The position numbers and the translations under genes were made by a program. A DNA stretch of 64,000 bases from Nitrospirota bacterium (GTDB lineage Bacteria; Nitrospirota; UBA9217), in the NCBI GenBank assembly GCA_963749655.1, contig CAVVOB010000018.1, positions 96,001 through 160,000 on the forward strand, in the 5' to 3' direction. The stretch's first letter is position 1. Each line of letters opens with the position of its first letter. Below the pieces are notes generated by a model. The model saw only the letters and a list, made by a program, of their open reading frames with translations, searched no databases and had not been told where the DNA came from. Below are positions 19,352 through 30,016 of the stretch, in pieces.

Positions 19352-21200
19352 ACAACCTTGAAAGCATTGCCAAAGCTCATCCGCTACTACAGCCTCGTCA
19401 TGTCGACCGAAGCCGGCTCGGGACATCCCACGTCCTCGCTGTCTGCAGCGGACCTGATGACCGGGCTCCTGTTCGGCGGCACGTTCAGGTTCGACCTGGA
19501 CAACCCACTCATGCCGAACAACGACCGCCTCATCTTTTCCAAAGGCCATGCGTCTCCGCTCTTTTATTCGATCTGGGCAGCTGCCGGAAAGGTCACGGAA
19601 AAGGAACTCCTGACCTTCAGAAAGTTCAACAGCCCCTTTGAAGGACATCCCACGCCGGCCTTCCGGTATACCGAGGCGGCAACAGGCTCGCTCGGGCCAG
19701 GGTCTCTCGATCGGACTGGGCATGGCGCTGAACGCGAAATATATCGACAAGCTGCCCTACCGCACCTATGTGCTGCTCGGCGACAGCGAGATGGCCGAGG
19801 GTTCGCAGTGGGAAGCCATGGAACTCGCCGCTTATTACAAGCTGGACAACCTCGTCGGCATCATGGACGTGAACCGGCTGGGCCAGCGCGGGGAGACCAT
19901 GTACGGCCATGATCTCTCGGTGTACAAGAACCGGGTGGCAGCCTTCGGATGGGAGCCCATCGTCATCGACGGCCATCATCTGCCGCAGATCCTTACGGCA
20001 TTCAAACAGGCAACAGAAGCCAAGGACAAACCGGTCATGATCATCGCGAAAACGCTGAAGGGCAAGGGGGTCTCCTTTATCGAGGACAAGAACGGCTGGC
20101 ACGGCAAACCGCTGAACAAAGAGGAACTTGTCCGCGCGCTCGCGGAGCTGGGTCCGGTTGACAGGACCGCTGATCGGGCAGATCGCAGCACCCGATGAGC
20201 TGACACCGGCGGTGCAAAAGTCCGGCAACGTACAGCCCCTGTCCTTACGCGCCGGACAAACCAGTTGCCACGAGACATGCCTATGGCACGGCGCTGGAAC
20301 GGATCTTCCCCCGAATTCCCCGACATGGTCGTACTCGATGCCGAAGTGAGCAACTCAACCTATGCGGAGCTGTTCAAGACAAAATACCCGGAGCGGTTCT
20401 TCGAGATGTTCATTGCGGAGCAGAACATGGTCGGCACGGCGCTCGGCCTGTCGCATCCGCGGCAAGATCCCTTTCGTATCCACCTTTGCCGCCTTCCTGA
20501 CCCGCGCCTTCGACCAGATACGCATGAGCCAGTATTCGCTCGCCAACATCAAGTTCTGCGGCTCCCATGCCGGAGTTTCCATCGGCGAGGACGGGTCGTC
20601 CCAGATGGGCCTTGAAGACATCGCGATGTTCAGAACGCTGCAAAACAGCGTGGTGCTCTATCCTTCCGATGCCGTGTCAACGGAAAAGCTCGTCGAAGAG
20701 ATGGCAGGCACACACAGGCATTGCCTATTTGCGCACCACGAGACAGGCCACGCCCGTTATCTACCGCAATGACGAAGCCTTCTGGATCGGCGGAAGCAAG
20801 ATATTGCGGTCGAACAAGAAGGATGTTGCCACCGTTGTCGCTGCGGGCATAACGCTTCACGAGGCGCTCAAGGCATATGAAGAACTTAAAGCAGGAAGGG
20901 ATCCTGGTGCGCGTCATCGACCTGTACAGCATCAAAACCGATCGATGCGGCAACCCTGGCGCGGGCCGCCGAAGAGACCGGGGCGATCATTACCGTCGAG
21001 GACCACTTCGCTGAAGGCGGGATCGGCGAAGCGGTCAGAAGCGCGCTTGCCGAACATCCGGTGACGGTCCATTCGCTGGCAGTACGAAAGATGCCGAAGA
21101 GCGGCAAACCCGAAGAATTGCTGAACTATGAGGAAATTTCGAAGAAGCTCGATAATCAGGAAAGGTGAAAGAGGTCGGAAAGCCGCTGAACAAGAAATAG
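19348..21200 (+). CDS. tkt: Transketolase (multiple frameshifts; end approximate)
   Basis: '[10 protein letters not shown]', 'SKGHASP', '[12 protein letters not shown]', 'IAEQNMVG', '[12 protein letters not shown]', 'TVEDH...GG' across successive ORF fragments; ATGA overlap with the nuoN stop. Confidence 0.85.
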
Positions 21201-21237
21201 TGACGGGAAAATCTGAAGTCACGAGCTGCGCGAAATG

Positions 21238-22749
21238 CTTATCGTTTGATCCGGGACACCTGTTCCTGCCCGCCTGTTTTGATGCATACATGGCGTCATC
21301 AGCGCGTTTTATGAAAGAGTCCAGGGTATCACTCCCCAGTTCAACACAGGCAACGCCGATGCTCACCGACAACCGCATGGGCTGACCGTTCCGGGACCGA
21401 AGGTCGGTGTCCCGTGCTGCGGAAAGCAGTTTGCCTGCCAGGCCTTCCGCCCCGCTCTCAGTTGTTTCCGGCAGAATGAGCATGAACTCATCGCCTCCAT
21501 ACCGGCCGACGATATCCGCGTTCCGCAGAATGGTCTTGAGCGTCGCGGCAATGCTCTGCAAGAGACCGATCGCCCGTGTCATGCCCCCAGGTATCGTTGA
21601 TCTCCTTGAAATTGTCGATATCGCAGAGGATGAGGGACAGCTCCGTAGCGTAGCGTTTTGCCCGGTCGAGCTCGTAGACAAGACTGTCGGTCAGCGCCCT
21701 TCTGTTCATCAGCCCGGTGAGTTCGTCCGTGCGGGACAGGTGCTCCAGTTTTTCGATCAGCCGCCGCTTGTCCTCCTCCGACTTTTTCCGGCCCGTAATG
21801 TCGCGGGTATACTCGATGACATGCGATACGCTGCCGTCTTCATCCAGAATGGGATAGGTATAGATCTCAAACCAGACCGCCTGACCATTCGGCATCGTGA
21901 CGAGTTTGTCCTTGGCGAAGGGGTCTGCCGACTGAAGCGATTTCTGCACAATGCAGCCTTCGCAGACCGTGGTCGCTGTCATACAGCACGTCGATAGCAT
22001 TTTTTGCCGAGCAGTTCATCTGAGCGGGCGGTGCTTCATCTGCGCATAGGCATCATTGATGCGGATGATCTGGTAATTCGCGGTCGACGATGCAGAAGGG
22101 ATCGCGGATGCTGTTGAAGATCGTGTTCAGAAACCGTTCCGAGCGCTGCAGCCGCGCCTCGCTCCGCTTGCGCCAGGAGATATCGCGGACGATGCAGATG
22201 CGGCCGTTGTCCTCGAGCATGGTGACCGATGCTTCCTGGACATAGGTGCTCCCGTTCTTTCTTGTGGCGACCAGTTCGCCGCGCCATTTTCTGCTTTTCA
22301 GGAGCGGACGGCATGCAGGTCTGGTCCATGCGTGCGCGCTCCCGCTCGCCATACATGAGGCGATAGGTCTTCCCGATGATCTCGGCGGGGCTGTCGTAGC
22401 CGTTGAGTTTGGCATAGGCTTCGTTGACGAAGACGTATTGATTGTCCGCTGTTGTAGATCGCTATCCCGTCCATGGAGGACTCGATGGCCGCTGCTTGCT
22501 TTCGGGCAGTCTCTTCCGCATCTGTTGCGCTTCGCAACGAGCCGGGCAGAGGACAAAGCCGAATACGAGGAAGACTCACGGTCAGAAAAACGACCGGAGA
22601 TAGATCTCGTGCGAACCGGTCAACAGTACGTGAGAAACAGGCCCTCATGCGATGAAGGGTCGTAGGCGGCATCGCCGTCCAGATGACAACGGCAATGACC
22701 GTAAACGAAGCACTTTTATTCGTTTATCCTGATCATGGCCGCCATCATG
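21238..22749 (-). CDS. PAS-PAS-GGDEF diguanylate cyclase (heavily frameshifted; ends approximate)
   Basis: Fragments 'DELTGLMNRR', 'DIDNFKEINDTWGH..GD', 'GRYGGDEF', 'RADDAMYASKQAGRN'; PAS-PAC fragments 'RKNGSTY..RDIS' and 'RDIT'. Confidence 0.8.
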
Positions 22750-22913
22750 AGCACCCACCGGGCAGCGACTTGACGTGAGGTCTAGTATAGCACAGGATAC
22801 CGAAACGCCGCGAATACAAGTATTTTTTTCATTCTAAACAAGTTTTTACTGTCTGCAGATCGACTTCTACTCTCGGCGACGCTGTGTTCCTTGAATGCTG
22901 CGAACGCGCCTGC

Positions 22914-24328
22914 TCAGACGTTCGTCTTGCTGCTCTCTTCCTGGATTCCCAGGACGCTCTCGACGATATCGGCAAGGTGCCGGTCATGATCGTGGTTCAG
23001 CGTGAACACCCGGCACTGGACCACACGGGCGGGGATGTAGTCGAAGAAATCCTTGAGCGGTTCCTTTTCCACTTTTCGGGTCGAGGGATTGAAAACGTAG
23101 ATCTGCCGTTCGCCCATCATGAGCGGGTTGATGGGCCGCGGGTCCTGGCTCGCCATGTCCACGGCGAACTGCAGGTCTTTCAAATGCGGGGGAAGGTTCT
23201 TTTTGATCCGTTTGACCAGTTCGGCCTTGTCGATGATGGTCTTTCCTTTTTCAAACGCGCGCATCGAGAGCGTCACATCGTAGGCCATCTTCCATTTGAC
23301 CTCGCGCGAGAGGATGGCGGCCCATTCCCGGCCCAGTGCGGACAGTGGGCCCCTGTTCGTCCTTGCCCCACTGTCTCACCGCTTCGAGCAGCGTCCAGTC
23401 CGTAAGCTCCAGGTACTCCGGAAGGTTCTCCACGGGATTGTAGGGGAAGAGCGCAGCCATGGTGTCCTTGAACAGTTCCTTCAGATGTTCGTCAATGGCC
23501 CTCGTGGTCCGGTGGTAATACACATTGGTGTACATGTACAGCCGCGCGTTCAGGAACATGTTGAGCGCCGTCAGGCCGGACTTGTGCAGCGTCAGGCCCT
23601 TTGTCGGTAAAAAAGGTATAGTACATGAGGCGGTCGATGTCCACGGCGCCGACGGCAACGCCGCACATGTAGGCATCGCGCAGCACATAATCGAGATTGT
23701 CCACCGTGTAGATGCCCGAGAGCAGCGGCTGGAGAAATACGAGCCATTTGGGCTGCTTGGCCGCGGGCGCAGTGGCGCCTTTGCCGATGAGGAACGCGAC
23801 CTGGTCGGGATTCAGGCTTTTCCCTTTTCGCAAAATCGCCTGAGGGCTGCGGCGGATCGACCTGATGATCTCGGCAAGTTCGGTCCTGATGATATGCTGG
23901 CCGAGTTTCTCATGGGTCAATCCGAACTGCTCGAGATAGTTGTCGTCGAAGAAATGGCCGAAGGGGCCGTGGCCGACATCGTGCAGCAGCGCGGTCACGC
24001 GAAGGAGCTCTTCTATATAGTTGGCCGACGGGCAGTCGGGGACCGCGGCCTTGAGCGAAGGATAGAGATGGCGGGCGAACCGGCCGGCCAGGTGCATGGC
24101 ACCCAGCGAATGCTGGAAGCGGCTGTGCTCCGCCGAGGGGTAGACCCAGCGGGCGCTCTGGAGCTGGTAGATCTGGCGCAGCCGCTGCATCCAGGGCGTG
24201 TCGATCAGGTCTTTTTCGGTCTTTTCTCCCGCTGTGCTCGGCGTGGTGAACGAAATGTAGCCGTGCACCGGATCGCCCAGCAGTGCCGTCCCGTCGTAAA
24301 AATCTTCGCCCTTCATGAGTTCGCGCAT
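22914..24328 (-). CDS. HD-domain phosphohydrolase (dNTP triphosphohydrolase-like/SAMHD1-like); two frameshifts
   Basis: 'DPVHGYI', 'QRLRQIYQL', 'YPSAEHSRFQHSLG', 'ALLHDVGHGPFGH', 'DNLDYVLRD', 'MYTNVYYH'. Confidence 0.88.
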
Positions 24329-24333
24329 GGCTC

Positions 24334-24361
24334 ATTATACCGTGAAATCACCGCGAGTCAA
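24334..24361 (-). promoter_or_regulatory. sigma70 promoter of the HD gene (possibly leaderless)
   Basis: TTGACT-16 nt-TATAAT; ATG 5 nt downstream of the -10. Confidence 0.65.
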
Positions 24362-24484
24362 ACCGAAAGTGCCTGCTGCGGAGCGTGCACCCTTCCGGCC
24401 CGGAACATGCCTGGAGAATGAGAAAAAGCAAGGTGAAATGGATTATAATATCAAAAAGAGCACAAACATCAGGGAGTGTGTGAT

Positions 24485-25321
24485 ATGCACGGGATCATCG
24501 CGTACCTGCAGCGATGGAAGAAATGGCAGATCTTTCTTTTCGCAATTGTTCTGGACATCCTGTTCGGACTTCTCGACTACCTCACGGGACCCGACCTGTC
24601 CCTCTTCATTTTATATCTTATCCCCGTCTTTCTCGGCACCTGGTTCATCGGGACGGGTACCGGGCTCCTGCTGTCCAGCCTCGGGGCGCTGGCATGGTCC
24701 CTTGCCGACCGGATCTACGGCAGCCTGATCATCCCGTACTGGAACCTGGCTGTTGAAGTGGGGACTTTTTTCATCATCACCTACATCATCGCCGCGCTGA
24801 AGCAAACACTCGAAACCGAAAAGCAGCTGGCGCGAATTGATCATCTGACGGGGGCCGTCAACCGGCGCCATTTCATCGAATTGGCCGAGGCGGAGATCCA
24901 CAGAACGCAGCGCTATGAGCACCCGTTCAGCGTGGCATTTCTGGACGTGGACGATTTCAAAATGATCAACGACTCGGGAGGACATCACGCGGGTGACGAC
25001 CTGCTGAAGACCGTCGTCAGGACGATCCGAAACGACACCCGCTCTTCGGACGTCATTGCTCGGCTCGGGGGCGATGAATTCATCGTATTGTTTCCGGAAA
25101 CGGGCTTCGCGACGGCACAGGCGGTCGTCGAAAAAATCAAGGTCCGGCTGGGTGATGCCATGGCCGCGCACCATTGGCCGGTCACCTTCAGCCTCGGCGT
25201 GATGACCTTCCACGAACCGCCGGCGTCGGTTGACCAGATGATCAAGCTGGTGGACGGCCTGATGTATGAAGTGAAGAAAAACGGCAAGAACAGCGTGCGG
25301 TGCAAGGTTTACAGCACGTAA
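24485..25321 (+). CDS. Membrane-anchored GGDEF diguanylate cyclase
   Basis: About 4 N-terminal TM segments; 'DHLTGAVNRR', 'DVDDFKMIND..GH..GD', I-site RSSD, 'GGDEF'. Confidence 0.92.
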   Translation: MHGIIAYLQRWKKWQIFLFAIVLDILFGLLDYLTGPDLSLFILYLIPVFLGTWFIGTGTGLLLSSLGALAWSLADRIYGSLIIPYWNLAVEVGTFFIITYIIAALKQTLETEKQLARIDHLTGAVNRRHFIELAEAEIHRTQRYEHPFSVAFLDVDDFKMINDSGGHHAGDDLLKTVVRTIRNDTRSSDVIARLGGDEFIVLFPETGFATAQAVVEKIKVRLGDAMAAHHWPVTFSLGVMTFHEPPASVDQMIKLVDGLMYEVKKNGKNSVRCKVYST

Positions 25322-25338
25322 CGAACGGGATGGATCGT

Positions 25339-25866
25339 CTACGGTTCGATGTAGGCCATCGATCCCGCCTCCAGGGCATAGAAGATCGACACCAGGTCCT
25401 TCTGGGGAATCGAAATAACCGGTGTTGCCTCCGCATCAGGGGGCGCTGCCGTCCGTTTCCCCTGCACGATCAGCGATTTTCCGAACACCAGGGTGTATCG
25501 GCCCCCCTTGCCTTCCGTTTTATTCGTCAGCACCAGCGGCCCCGGGCGGAAAGCATCTCCGCGGAACTTTCCTGCGGCCTTGAAGCGGACGTCCTTAAGT
25601 ACCCTGTTTTTATACTTAAGAAAAACCTGTTTCTTCTCCGTGCTGAAGACGAGATATTTTGAATCGGACCCGTACATCGCATTCTGGAACAGGAGATACT
25701 CCTGTTCGGCCCTGAAGGCACTGATGCGTTCATGAAGCTGCTGCTGCATATCGGTAAGCGCGGCCCGCTCGTCCAGCCCCCCGCCTTCCTCTTCGGCGCC
25801 CATGAGAAAGACGGCGAGTGCGATCATCAACCAGGCCGTTTTACCGCTTCCATTCCGCTCGGACAC
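25339..25866 (-). CDS. Exported coiled-coil protein with a degenerate (inactive) L,D-transpeptidase-like domain
   Basis: GTG start with GGAGG SD; signal peptide; aligns by eye to the neighbouring YkuD protein but lacks the catalytic His and Cys. Confidence 0.6.
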   Translation of the reverse strand: MSERNGSGKTAWLMIALAVFLMGAEEEGGGLDERAALTDMQQQLHERISAFRAEQEYLLFQNAMYGSDSKYLVFSTEKKQVFLKYKNRVLKDVRFKAAGKFRGDAFRPGPLVLTNKTEGKGGRYTLVFGKSLIVQGKRTAAPPDAEATPVISIPQKDLVSIFYALEAGSMAYIEP

Positions 25867-25917
25867 TTCGGATCCCCTCCATAAACGCTGATAAGTCTGA
25901 TAAGCTGAAAAAACGTT

Positions 25918-26006
25918 TGCCACAGAGGACAGAGAGAAAAACATCACAAGGTAAAATACTTATACTATTTTTTCTGTTCTCTGTGCACTCTGTGAACTCT
26001 GTGGCA
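25918..26006. repeat. CACAGAG/CTCTGTG palindromic intergenic element
   Basis: TGCCACAGAGGACAGAGAG ... CTCTGTGCACTCTGTGAACTCTGTGGCA. Confidence 0.75.
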
Positions 26007-26038
26007 GATATTTCTATTCTACGTAACTTTTTTCGATA

Positions 26039-26719
26039 CTAATAAATATAAACCTTCGTTCCGAGTACAGCCGCTTTGTACACGACCTCGAGATCGTCAT
26101 CTCCCAGGGAGATGCAGCCGTGGGTGAAGTGCGTTCCCAGCAGATTCGTGTACTTCGTTCCGTGGATCTTGTATCCGTTCCCGAGGAGCAGGGCATACTT
26201 TCCCATGACGCCCCGTACGAACCGGTCGGGGTCGTTCGGCGCCGGTATAGGCATGTTCTCCTCCACGTAGGACCAGTCCGGCCTTATCCAGACCGGGTTC
26301 CGTTCCTTCCCCAGGACGCTCAAAGACCCAAGGGGCGATTCGAAAAACCATGAACCTCCCGTTTCCGACTCGACGAATTCGCGGCTGCCGGTCCCGCACA
26401 CGGCCGTGTGAAGGACGGCGTCCCCCTGCCGTAGGGTCAAACGGTTGTTTTCCGTGTCCACGACAATATACAGCTCGCCATCGTCCTGCCCTTCCAGGAT
26501 CTTGCGCAGGCCGCTGTTCTCCTCTTGCAGGCGCGTCACCTCCTGCTGCAATGCCTGCACGCTGCTGCGGAGTTCCTCGATGGAAGGCTCGGCAGATGCC
26601 GTTTCCGCCCGCGATGTCGAGGAAAACAGAAGAAAGCAGGCAAGAACCAGCACGAAGGCCGCAACACCTGAGTGATAGCGCATTTTTTCCGCATTCCGCA
26701 TTCCGCATTTCGCATTCAT
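26039..26719 (-). CDS. L,D-transpeptidase (YkuD family) with signal peptide and coiled coil
   Basis: 'IHGTK...THGCISL' catalytic motif; 'NPVW'; start may be 26683. Confidence 0.9.
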   Translation of the reverse strand: MNAKCGMRNAEKMRYHSGVAAFVLVLACFLLFSSTSRAETASAEPSIEELRSSVQALQQEVTRLQEENSGLRKILEGQDDGELYIVVDTENNRLTLRQGDAVLHTAVCGTGSREFVESETGGSWFFESPLGSLSVLGKERNPVWIRPDWSYVEENMPIPAPNDPDRFVRGVMGKYALLLGNGYKIHGTKYTNLLGTHFTHGCISLGDDDLEVVYKAAVLGTKVYIY

Positions 26720-26770
26720 ATAAAGCGTCCTCTGAGCCTGTTTTCTGGTTCGATGGAGCCCTGTCCCGAC

Positions 26771-28162
26771 CTACTCGGGAGTTCGGGATTCAGCATTCAA
26801 AAATATCTTCCCCGGGTTGAGGATGTTGTTGGGATCAAGGGCCTTTTTGATGCTGATCATGGCATTGATAGCGCCGGCGCCGAGCTCCATCGGAAGATAG
26901 GCCGCCTTGGACAGGCCGATGCCGTGCTCTCCCGAGATGCTGCCTCCCATCCTGAGCGTTGCGCTGAAGATCTCCCTGACCGCCTTCTCGGCGCGCGGCA
27001 GGTCCTCATCATCGATCAGGATGTTCGTGTGGATGTTGCCGTCGCCGGCATGGCCGAAATTCACGATCAAGAGGCCGTGCCGTTCGGCGATTCCGCTGAT
27101 CTCGCGAAGGATGTCGGCTATCCTGCTCCGCGGGACCACGATGTCTTCGTTCACTTTTTTCGGCTTGATGGTGTACAGGGCGGGAGAGATCGAACGCCGC
27201 GCTTTCCAGAGCTGGTCGCGCTCCGCAGGCTCGTCGGCGCGCGTTACCCGGAGCGCACCCCCGCGGGTCATGACCTCGGCGATCCGGTCGCTCTCGCGCG
27301 CGGTCGTTTCAGCCGGGCCGTCGGTTTCCACGATCAGCATGGCCCCGGCTCCGCCCGACAGGTCGCTCTTGAGGTAGGATTCCACGGCGCGAAGCGCCGC
27401 GGCGTCGACGAGTTCCAGCGCCCGCGGCAGGATGCGGGAGGCCAGGATCTGCGATGCGGCCCGCGCCGCGTCGTCAACAGTGCCGAAATATGCCGCCAGG
27501 GTCCGCACGGTCTCGGGCAGCGGAAGGAGCTTGAGCGTGATCTTCGTGACGACGCCGAGGGTGCCTTCGGAACCGATGACGAGCCGCGTGAGGTCGTAGC
27601 CCGCCACGCTCTTGACCGTTCTCGCGCCGGTCGAGATGAGCGCTCCCGTCGGAAGGACCAGTTCGAGGCCGAGCACGTAATCCCGGGTGACGCCGTACTT
27701 TACGGCCCGGAGTCCTCCGGCGCACTCTGCCACATTCCCTCCCAGGGTGCAGAACCGATTGCTCGCCGGGTCGGGCGGATAGAACAGCCCCCGCTCCTCC
27801 ACGGCGCGCTGGAGGTCGTTCGTGACGACCCCCGGCTCGACCACGGCGAGAAAATCCTCGTCGTTGATCTCGATGATCCTGTTCATGCGTTCCAGCGACA
27901 GGACGACGCCCCCCGCTACGGGCACGGAACCGCCGGACATCCCCGTACCTGCGCCCCGCGGCACGACGGGGATGCGCTCGGCATTGGCGAGCAGGAGGAT
28001 CTCCGACACCTCCGCTGCCGCTGCAGGCCGCACCACGGCCCAGGGCAGCGCCTCGCGCCGTGTCGCATCATAGGAATAGGCAACAAGCTCTTCGGGAGAT
28101 GCGGCCACATGCGCGGCGCCGACGATTGCGTTCAGTTTTTTTATAACGGACGGCTTCAGCAT
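26771..28162 (-). CDS. glcD: FAD-linked oxidase, glycolate oxidase GlcD / D-lactate dehydrogenase-like
   Basis: 'PRGAGTGMSGG', 'YPPDPAS', 'GSEGTLG', 'GHAGDGNIH', 'GEHGIG'. Confidence 0.85.
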   Translation of the reverse strand: MLKPSVIKKLNAIVGAAHVAASPEELVAYSYDATRREALPWAVVRPAAAAEVSEILLLANAERIPVVPRGAGTGMSGGSVPVAGGVVLSLERMNRIIEINDEDFLAVVEPGVVTNDLQRAVEERGLFYPPDPASNRFCTLGGNVAECAGGLRAVKYGVTRDYVLGLELVLPTGALISTGARTVKSVAGYDLTRLVIGSEGTLGVVTKITLKLLPLPETVRTLAAYFGTVDDAARAASQILASRILPRALELVDAAALRAVESYLKSDLSGGAGAMLIVETDGPAETTARESDRIAEVMTRGGALRVTRADEPAERDQLWKARRSISPALYTIKPKKVNEDIVVPRSRIADILREISGIAERHGLLIVNFGHAGDGNIHTNILIDDEDLPRAEKAVREIFSATLRMGGSISGEHGIGLSKAAYLPMELGAGAINAMISIKKALDPNNILNPGKIFLNAESRTPE

Positions 28163-28188
28163 GATGGATACGACGCGAGCAAGACGCG

Positions 28189-29902
28189 TCAGGCTGGTCT
28201 TTTTTCCCGGTCCCCCGCTTCCGCATCGGCGAGTCCTTCGGGGATCGCTGCAGCATACACCCGGTAATCTATCCCGGGGAACAGGTTGTCACGCCATTCT
28301 ATATCGTTCAGCCAGGATTCGTCAAGAACGTTCGTCTTGATGCTCTCGTACAGCCGGGTGAATCTCACGATATGCTCCTTCGTCCTGCGGACCGCGTACT
28401 CCGCATGGCTGCCGGCCTTCATCATGAATGCCCAGTCGGAGCTCTGGGCCAGCAGAAGCTCACGCGCTGCCTGGTTCAGTGCCCTGCGCAGCAGACCGTC
28501 CGACCGGGGAAAGGTCTTAGCAAGCTCGACCATACGGTCAGCAGCCTCGTGCAGATGAGGGTAGATCCAGTCATTGGCGCCGTCGAGCCAGACCTCGGCA
28601 AATCCTTTCAATACCCCAGCTGGAAGGCGATGGCTCGGCCACCTGGCACCGCGGGTTCTCGGCCAGGTACTCCGTGGGCGTGATCATGCGAATCGTGTCA
28701 TGCTCAAGGGCGGTCTTCCGGATCACCAGGTTGAGCCAGTCCGGGCCCTCGAACCACCAATGGCCGAACAGCTCCGCGTCATAGGGTGCGACGATGATCG
28801 GCTTGCGGTCCTGGAACATGCTTCCGAGCCATTCGACCTGCTTCTCCCGGTTGGTGATGTAATTGTCCGCGTGGTCGGCGGCTCGTTCGAGCGCCCGCTG
28901 CGGAATATAAGGCTCCTTCTGGTTCGACGATCCCGTGATCCGGTGATATTTAATGCCCAGGTTCACGCGCATTCCGTCAGGGTGGAGATAGGGCTTGATA
29001 TAGTCGTAATCGAGGTCGAACCCCGCATCGCGATAGAAGTCGCGGTAGTTGTAATCACCCGGATACCCCTCGACGGAGCTCCAGACCTGTTTAGAAGACT
29101 CGACGTCCCTGCCGAAGGCGGCCACGCCCGAGCGGCAGTAAATCGGCGCGTACACGCCGTATTTCGGACGGGGCGTTGCATGAAACAGGCCGTGGGAATC
29201 CGTAAAAAAATAACGTATGCCCGCTTGTTTTACGATCTCGTCAAGGCCGGGATAATACCCGCATTCGGGCAGCCAGATTCCTTTCGGGGACCTCCCGAAA
29301 TGCGATTCGTAGTGCTCCACGGCGATCAGCACCTGGGCGAGAACGGCCCGATTGTTCTCCAGAAGAGGAAGAAAACCATGGGTCGCTGCGCAGGTGATGA
29401 TCTCGAGCTTGCCCAGATCCTGGAATTTCCGAAATGCGGCGACGAGGTCTCCCCGGTATGTTCCTTCGAACTCGGCGCGGGCCTTCGTGAACATCTTCCA
29501 GTACATGTGCGCGAGGGGATTGAACCGGGGATCGTTTCGCGTCCGGTCGATTTCCTTGCCGGCGAGCTCGATCAGCCTGGTAATATGGAGAAGGTAGCGC
29601 TGCTGCAGCAGAGGGTCGGACAGCATGGAGACCAAGGTCGGCGTGAGGCTCATGGTGAGCCGGAAGTCAACGCCGTCTTTCACGAGGCCTTCAAACATCG
29701 TGATCAGGGGAAGATAGGTTTCGGTGATCGCCTCGTACAGCCAGTCTTCTTCGAGAAAGCGATCATGCTCCGGATGGCGCACAAAGGGGAGATGACCGTG
29801 CAGCACCAGCGCGAGATAGCCTTTATCCGTTCCGCTTCCCGCAGCCTTCACCAATGCTTTCCCGTTACCGCGGCCGACCTGAGTCGTTTTTCCTTTTTTC
29901 AT
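28189..29902 (-). CDS. GH57 1,4-alpha-glucan branching enzyme (DUF1957); frameshift near 28610
   Basis: 'LVLHGHLPFV', 'WLPECGY', 'YDAELFGHWWFEG', 'SSWG', 'RELLLAQSSDWAF'. Confidence 0.92.
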
Positions 29903-30016
29903 CCCCGAAACCTTGTGATGAGATGCAAAACAAAAGTCCATCCCTGAACGGATGGACTTTGACGTGAAGAACAAACATCACTCTGCCGCCGGACCGAGAA
30001 ACCGGGGCATCGGATG

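Noticed and set aside
22914-24328. HD protein as an anti-phage dNTPase system
   Set aside because: It looks like the widespread housekeeping HD family and has no defence-island neighbours.
16090-24330. Dense frameshifts in nuoL/M/N, tkt, the DGC and the HD gene (also near 3620, 28610, 44610, 50892, 58350, 60547) read as pseudogenisation or programmed frameshifting
   Set aside because: They are single-base indels, several in homopolymers, hitting essential genes that otherwise look intact, and they cluster by position. This fits low-coverage long-read error; polishing would decide.
26672-28267. Long antisense ORFs (for example 26672-28267, 28574-29947, 53588-55015, 58609-60093, 37881-39110)
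   Set aside because: They are shadows of real genes in GC-rich DNA, with no recognisable motifs or translation signals.
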